Shown: piece after piece, positions 15,492 to 18,503 of the stretch
How positions within the stretch are numbered: the first letter of the stretch is position 1
Layout of the letters: every line of letters starts with the position of its first letter
Assembly: GCA_038209745.1 (NCBI GenBank)
Contig: JBBQXJ010000090.1
Coordinates: forward strand, 1 to 18,503
Source: Verrucomicrobiota bacterium
GTDB lineage: Bacteria > Verrucomicrobiota > Verrucomicrobiia > Limisphaerales > CANJSG01
Reading direction: 5' to 3'
DNA: 18,503 bases
Translations under genes and position numbers: made by a program
Notes under the pieces: model-generated
Told to the model about the DNA's origin: nothing
Databases searched by the model: none
What the model saw: only the letters and a program-made list of their open reading frames with translations

Positions 15492-16478
15492 TCAGAACAG
15501 CTGCCCGGCCATGATGCCGATGACCTGGAGGGGGCCGGTGTCTTCGAGGCCTTCGGTGGCCTTGTCGAGCTTCTGGAGGGAGAGCTTCACGCTTTTCAGC
15601 AGGGCCTGGTCGTTGACCAGCTGGCCGATGGTGCCCTCGCCGTGGTTGATCTTCTGCATGATCTCCTTCATCTGGGTCATGGCGTCCTTGGTCTCGGTGA
15701 AGAGCGACTCGTCGGTCATCAGCTTGCCGATGGTGCCCTTGCCGGCGCGCATGTCGGCGACGGTGGCGCGGGCGTCGGCCAGGGTGGCGTTGAGCTCGCC
15801 GCTCATGTCGGCGAGGTTCGTCTGCAAGGTGGAGAGCGTGGCCATGGCGGAGTCGTAGAGCTCCGGCTCGTTGATCAGTTTGCCCACGGTGCCTTTCCCT
15901 TCGACGATGTTCTGCGAAATGGTCCGCATGTTGGCGATGCTGTCGGTCAGGGGCTGCTGGTTCTGCTTGAGGAAGTCGGTCACGGGTCCGAGCAGGTTGT
16001 TGAAGGTGTCGCCGGAGAAGCTGCGGGTGATGTTCTCCACCCCGGAGGCGACGTTGTCCAACTTGGCCATGAGCTGGCTGAGGTCGGGCTGCTCCACGCT
16101 CTGGAGAAAGGCTCCATCGGTGGCCACGGCGCCCTTGGCGGTGCCGAAGTCGACGGCGATGAAGTTCTGCCCCAACAGCCCGACGAACTTGATCGTGGCC
16201 TTGCTGTCGGTGCGGATCTGCGTGGTCTCCTCGAAAACACGCAGGGTGACGCGCACCTGGGTGTTGGTCAGGGCGACGGCGTCGACCCGGCCGATGTTCA
16301 CACCGGCCATCTTGACCGGGTCGCCGACCTTGAGCTCCTGCACGTTGTCGAAGAGGGCGTTCAGACGGTAGCCTTTCTGGAAGAAGCTGAAGCCTCCCAG
16401 CATTTCCAGGATGAGGAACGCGGAGACCAGGGCCAGGGCGAAGAACAGTCCCAGACGGGTTTCGAGGGTGTTTTTCAT
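15492..16478 (-). CDS. mlaD: MCE/MlaD-family protein with long helical extension, 328 aa
   Basis: N-terminal TM, MCE domain (FDNVQELKVGDPVKMAGVNIGRVD, GLLGQNFI), then a helical region with three GxGTxGxL motifs. ATGA overlap with mlaF. Confidence 0.92.
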   Translation of the reverse strand: MKNTLETRLGLFFALALVSAFLILEMLGGFSFFQKGYRLNALFDNVQELKVGDPVKMAGVNIGRVDAVALTNTQVRVTLRVFEETTQIRTDSKATIKFVGLLGQNFIAVDFGTAKGAVATDGAFLQSVEQPDLSQLMAKLDNVASGVENITRSFSGDTFNNLLGPVTDFLKQNQQPLTDSIANMRTISQNIVEGKGTVGKLINEPELYDSAMATLSTLQTNLADMSGELNATLADARATVADMRAGKGTIGKLMTDESLFTETKDAMTQMKEIMQKINHGEGTIGQLVNDQALLKSVKLSLQKLDKATEGLEDTGPLQVIGIMAGQLF

Positions 16479-17278
16479 GGTCGGTGATCAGGGGTTGGAG
16501 CCGCGCCCCGACGGGTCAGGCGGCGCTCCGGATTGATGAGTTGCTTGATGAAGGAATCGGCCGACGCGCGGAGTTCGTCCGGCGTGCCGACAAAGATGAT
16601 CGAGCCCTCGCGGATGACGGCCACGCGGTCGGCGGCGCAGAAGACGAGGTCGCGGTCGTGGGTGACGACGAGGGAGGTGGCGCCGATGCGATCGTTCTGG
16701 GCGACGATGGCGGCGGCGATGTTCACGGAGCTGATGGGGTCCAGCTCGCTGGTGGGCTCGTCGAAGAGGACGAGCTCCGGCTCGATGACGAGGGCACGGG
16801 CGATGGCCACGCGCTTCTTCATGCCGCCGGAGAGTTCGGCCGGGAACTTCTCCTCCACGTCGGTGAGGCCGACCATTTCCAACTGGCGGCGCACGACGCT
16901 CGCGATTTCGGCGGGGGGCTTGAGCCGGTGCTCGGTCAGATAGAGGCCGACGTTTTCGGCCACGGTGAGCGAGTTGAAGAGGGCGCCGGACTGGAAGACC
17001 ATGGCGATGCGGTGTCGGTCCATCACGCCATCGGACGCGACCGGTTCACCATCCAGCAGGATCTCCCCTTCGTCGGGCTTTTCGAGCCCGATGACATGGC
17101 GGAGCAGGACGCTCTTCCCCGATCCGCTGGGGCCCATGAGCATGAAGATCTCGCCCGGCTCGACGTCGAGGGACACGCCCTTGAGCACCTGCTTGTCGCC
17201 GTAGCTGCGGCTCAGGTTCCGCACCTCGATGCGGACGCCGGTCTGGGCGACGGGCTGGCTGTTGGCGGGGAGGTTCAT
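16475..17278 (-). CDS. mlaF: ABC transporter ATP-binding protein, MlaF/Mkl family, 267 aa
   Basis: Walker A GPSGSGKS, VFQSGALFNSLTVAENV, signature LSGGMKKRVAIARAL, Walker B LFDEPT, VVTHD. TGATG overlap with mlaE. Confidence 0.95.
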   Translation of the reverse strand: MNLPANSQPVAQTGVRIEVRNLSRSYGDKQVLKGVSLDVEPGEIFMLMGPSGSGKSVLLRHVIGLEKPDEGEILLDGEPVASDGVMDRHRIAMVFQSGALFNSLTVAENVGLYLTEHRLKPPAEIASVVRRQLEMVGLTDVEEKFPAELSGGMKKRVAIARALVIEPELVLFDEPTSELDPISSVNIAAAIVAQNDRIGATSLVVTHDRDLVFCAADRVAVIREGSIIFVGTPDELRASADSFIKQLINPERRLTRRGAAPTPDHRP

Positions 17279-18021
17279 CAGTGGATGGCCATCAGCAGGC
17301 GGGTCAGGAAGTAGTCGAGCAGGAGGATCAGGACGATGGAGTTCACCACGGCCTTGGTGACGGAGCGCCCGACGCCGCGCGGACCGCCCACCGTGGCCAG
17401 GCCCTGTTGACAGGAGACAGTACCGATGACGACGGCGAAGGCCAGGGTCTTGATCAGGCCGTCCGCCACGTCCTTCAACTCGACCACGCTGCGGAGATTG
17501 TTGAAGAACCCGGCGAAGGAGACGTTGATCTCGTGGTTGTAGTTGGCGACGACGGCGCCGCCGAGCCACCCGATGATGATGGAGAAGATGACCAGCATCG
17601 GCAGCGCGACCGTGACGGCGAGCAACCGGGGCACCACGAGGTAGTGCAGCGGGTTGATGTTCATGGTGCGGAGCGCGTCGATCTCCTGGTTGACCGCCAT
17701 CGAGCCGATCTCCGCCGCCATGGACGAGCCGATGCGGCCGGCGATCAGGATCGCCATCATCACCGGCGCCAGTTCCTTGCAGACGGAGATGCCGACCAGG
17801 CCGCCGAGGGCGCTGCCGAGACCGCGGGAGACGAGCACCGGGCCGGTGTTGAGCGAGACCACGCCGCCGATGAAGAGCGAGAGGATGCAGACCATCAGCA
17901 GGCTCGCATTGCCGATCTCGAACAGCTGCTCCTTCACCTTCGCGCGCTGGCGCCACGCGACGGGCATGGCCCCCAGCGCCTGGAGCAGCAGAATAATCAA
18001 TTCACCGATATGGCGGAACAT
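17278..18021 (-). CDS. mlaE: ABC transporter permease, MlaE/YrbE family, 247 aa
   Basis: KELAPVMMAILIAGRIGSSMAAEIGSMAVNQEIDALRTMNINPLHYLVVPR and GGPRGVGRSVTKAVV. ATG at 18021. Confidence 0.95.
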   Translation of the reverse strand: MFRHIGELIILLLQALGAMPVAWRQRAKVKEQLFEIGNASLLMVCILSLFIGGVVSLNTGPVLVSRGLGSALGGLVGISVCKELAPVMMAILIAGRIGSSMAAEIGSMAVNQEIDALRTMNINPLHYLVVPRLLAVTVALPMLVIFSIIIGWLGGAVVANYNHEINVSFAGFFNNLRSVVELKDVADGLIKTLAFAVVIGTVSCQQGLATVGGPRGVGRSVTKAVVNSIVLILLLDYFLTRLLMAIH

Positions 18022-18028
18022 AGGCTTC

Positions 18029-18057
18029 AGAGTCGAACCGGACCGAATGAACACGAA
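18029..18057 (-). promoter_or_regulatory. Putative leaderless promoter of mlaE
   Basis: TTCGTG-17-GACTCT-7 nt-ATG 18021; no SD. Confidence 0.4.
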
Positions 18058-18140
18058 AGCACCTCCCGACGGAACTGCAATGTGTGAGCGGTGAAGGGCC
18101 AGGAACAAATCATTGAACGGGACGGTCGGCAGAGACGCGT

Positions 18141-18288
18141 CAGGGCGAAGGCTCCTGCCGAGCCGCCGGATGACGGACGAACGACGGGAGATCTTCTCTG
18201 GCGACTCCCGGGCTTTCCGGAGTTGCCAGTGAAGCCGGATTGGATGGCCTTTTTGCCCCAAGACGGCTTGCCGGGAGCCTTCGCCCTG
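18141..18288. repeat. REP doublet of a second sequence type (148 bp) with nested hairpin
   Basis: cagggcgaaggctcctgccgagccg (18141-18165) and cggcttgccgggagccttcgccctg (18264-18288) are a 22/25 inverted match. Inner arms cttctctggcgactcc (18193-18208) / ggagttgccagtgaag (18219-18234) match 14/16. Confidence 0.85.
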
Positions 18289-18357
18289 CCTCGCCTGCCC
18301 ATCGGACCGCTTCTCGGTTTGATGCGGCTTTGGATGAAGAGCATTTCTACCAGAGTG

Positions 18358-18503
18358 CTACTGCGCTTCATCGGTCCCTCCCTTCCCCCCGAACGGAATG
18401 AAGAGCACCCGCCAGCGCGAACCGTCCGGACCGGACTTGTGCTGGAACAGGCCGAAGAACGCGGACTGGGTCCGGGTCGTCGCGGTCCGGTCGCTCCGGA
18501 ACA
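18358..18503 (-). CDS. 3' end of a hypothetical protein running into the window
   Basis: Open frame ...FRSDRTATTRTQSAFFGLFQHKSGPDGSRWRVLFIPFGGKGGTDEAQ* with host-like GC3 codons; TAG at 18360-18358. Not in the ORF track because its start lies outside the window. Confidence 0.7.
   Translation of the reverse strand, partial: FRSDRTATTRTQSAFFGLFQHKSGPDGSRWRVLFIPFGGKGGTDEAQ

Noticed and set aside
17279..17956. 493-aa version of the ABC ATPase
   Set aside because: The extension is an alternative frame of mlaE with low-complexity Arg/Pro sequence.

Overview
High-GC (about 65-70%) bacterial chromosome segment. The gene content (an H-X9-DG-type prepilin-like protein, a GYF_2/CD225 protein, a T2SS-G-like hypothetical) suggests the PVC superphylum, most likely Verrucomicrobiota; this is an inference. 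From left to right: (1) a decayed 3.3-kb block with a frameshifted, N- and C-truncated sensor histidine kinase joined out of frame to the winged-helix half of an OmpR-family regulator, then a broken TPR-protein gene; (2) a prepilin-type gene and tRNA-Val(TAC); (3) a lipoprotein with a YVTN beta-propeller and a phosphoesterase domain, dusB, a YkuE-like metallophosphoesterase, a HAD hydrolase and an EF-hand lipoprotein; (4) a 505-aa pseudopilin-like hypothetical protein; (5) an operon of trpD, a GYF_2/CD225 protein and a membrane protein; (6) a short low-GC insert with an attC-like hairpin and flanking inverted repeats; (7) an mlaE-mlaF-mlaD (MCE) operon and the 3' end of an upstream gene. Several intergenic gaps carry REP/REPIN-like palindromic elements of different sequence types, and six genes share a leaderless-promoter geometry. 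I saw no CRISPR array, rRNA, transposase or integrase, and no clear novel multi-gene system. The most unusual signals are the nested REPIN-like elements, the possible solitary gene cassette, the leaderless architecture and the readable deletion scars.
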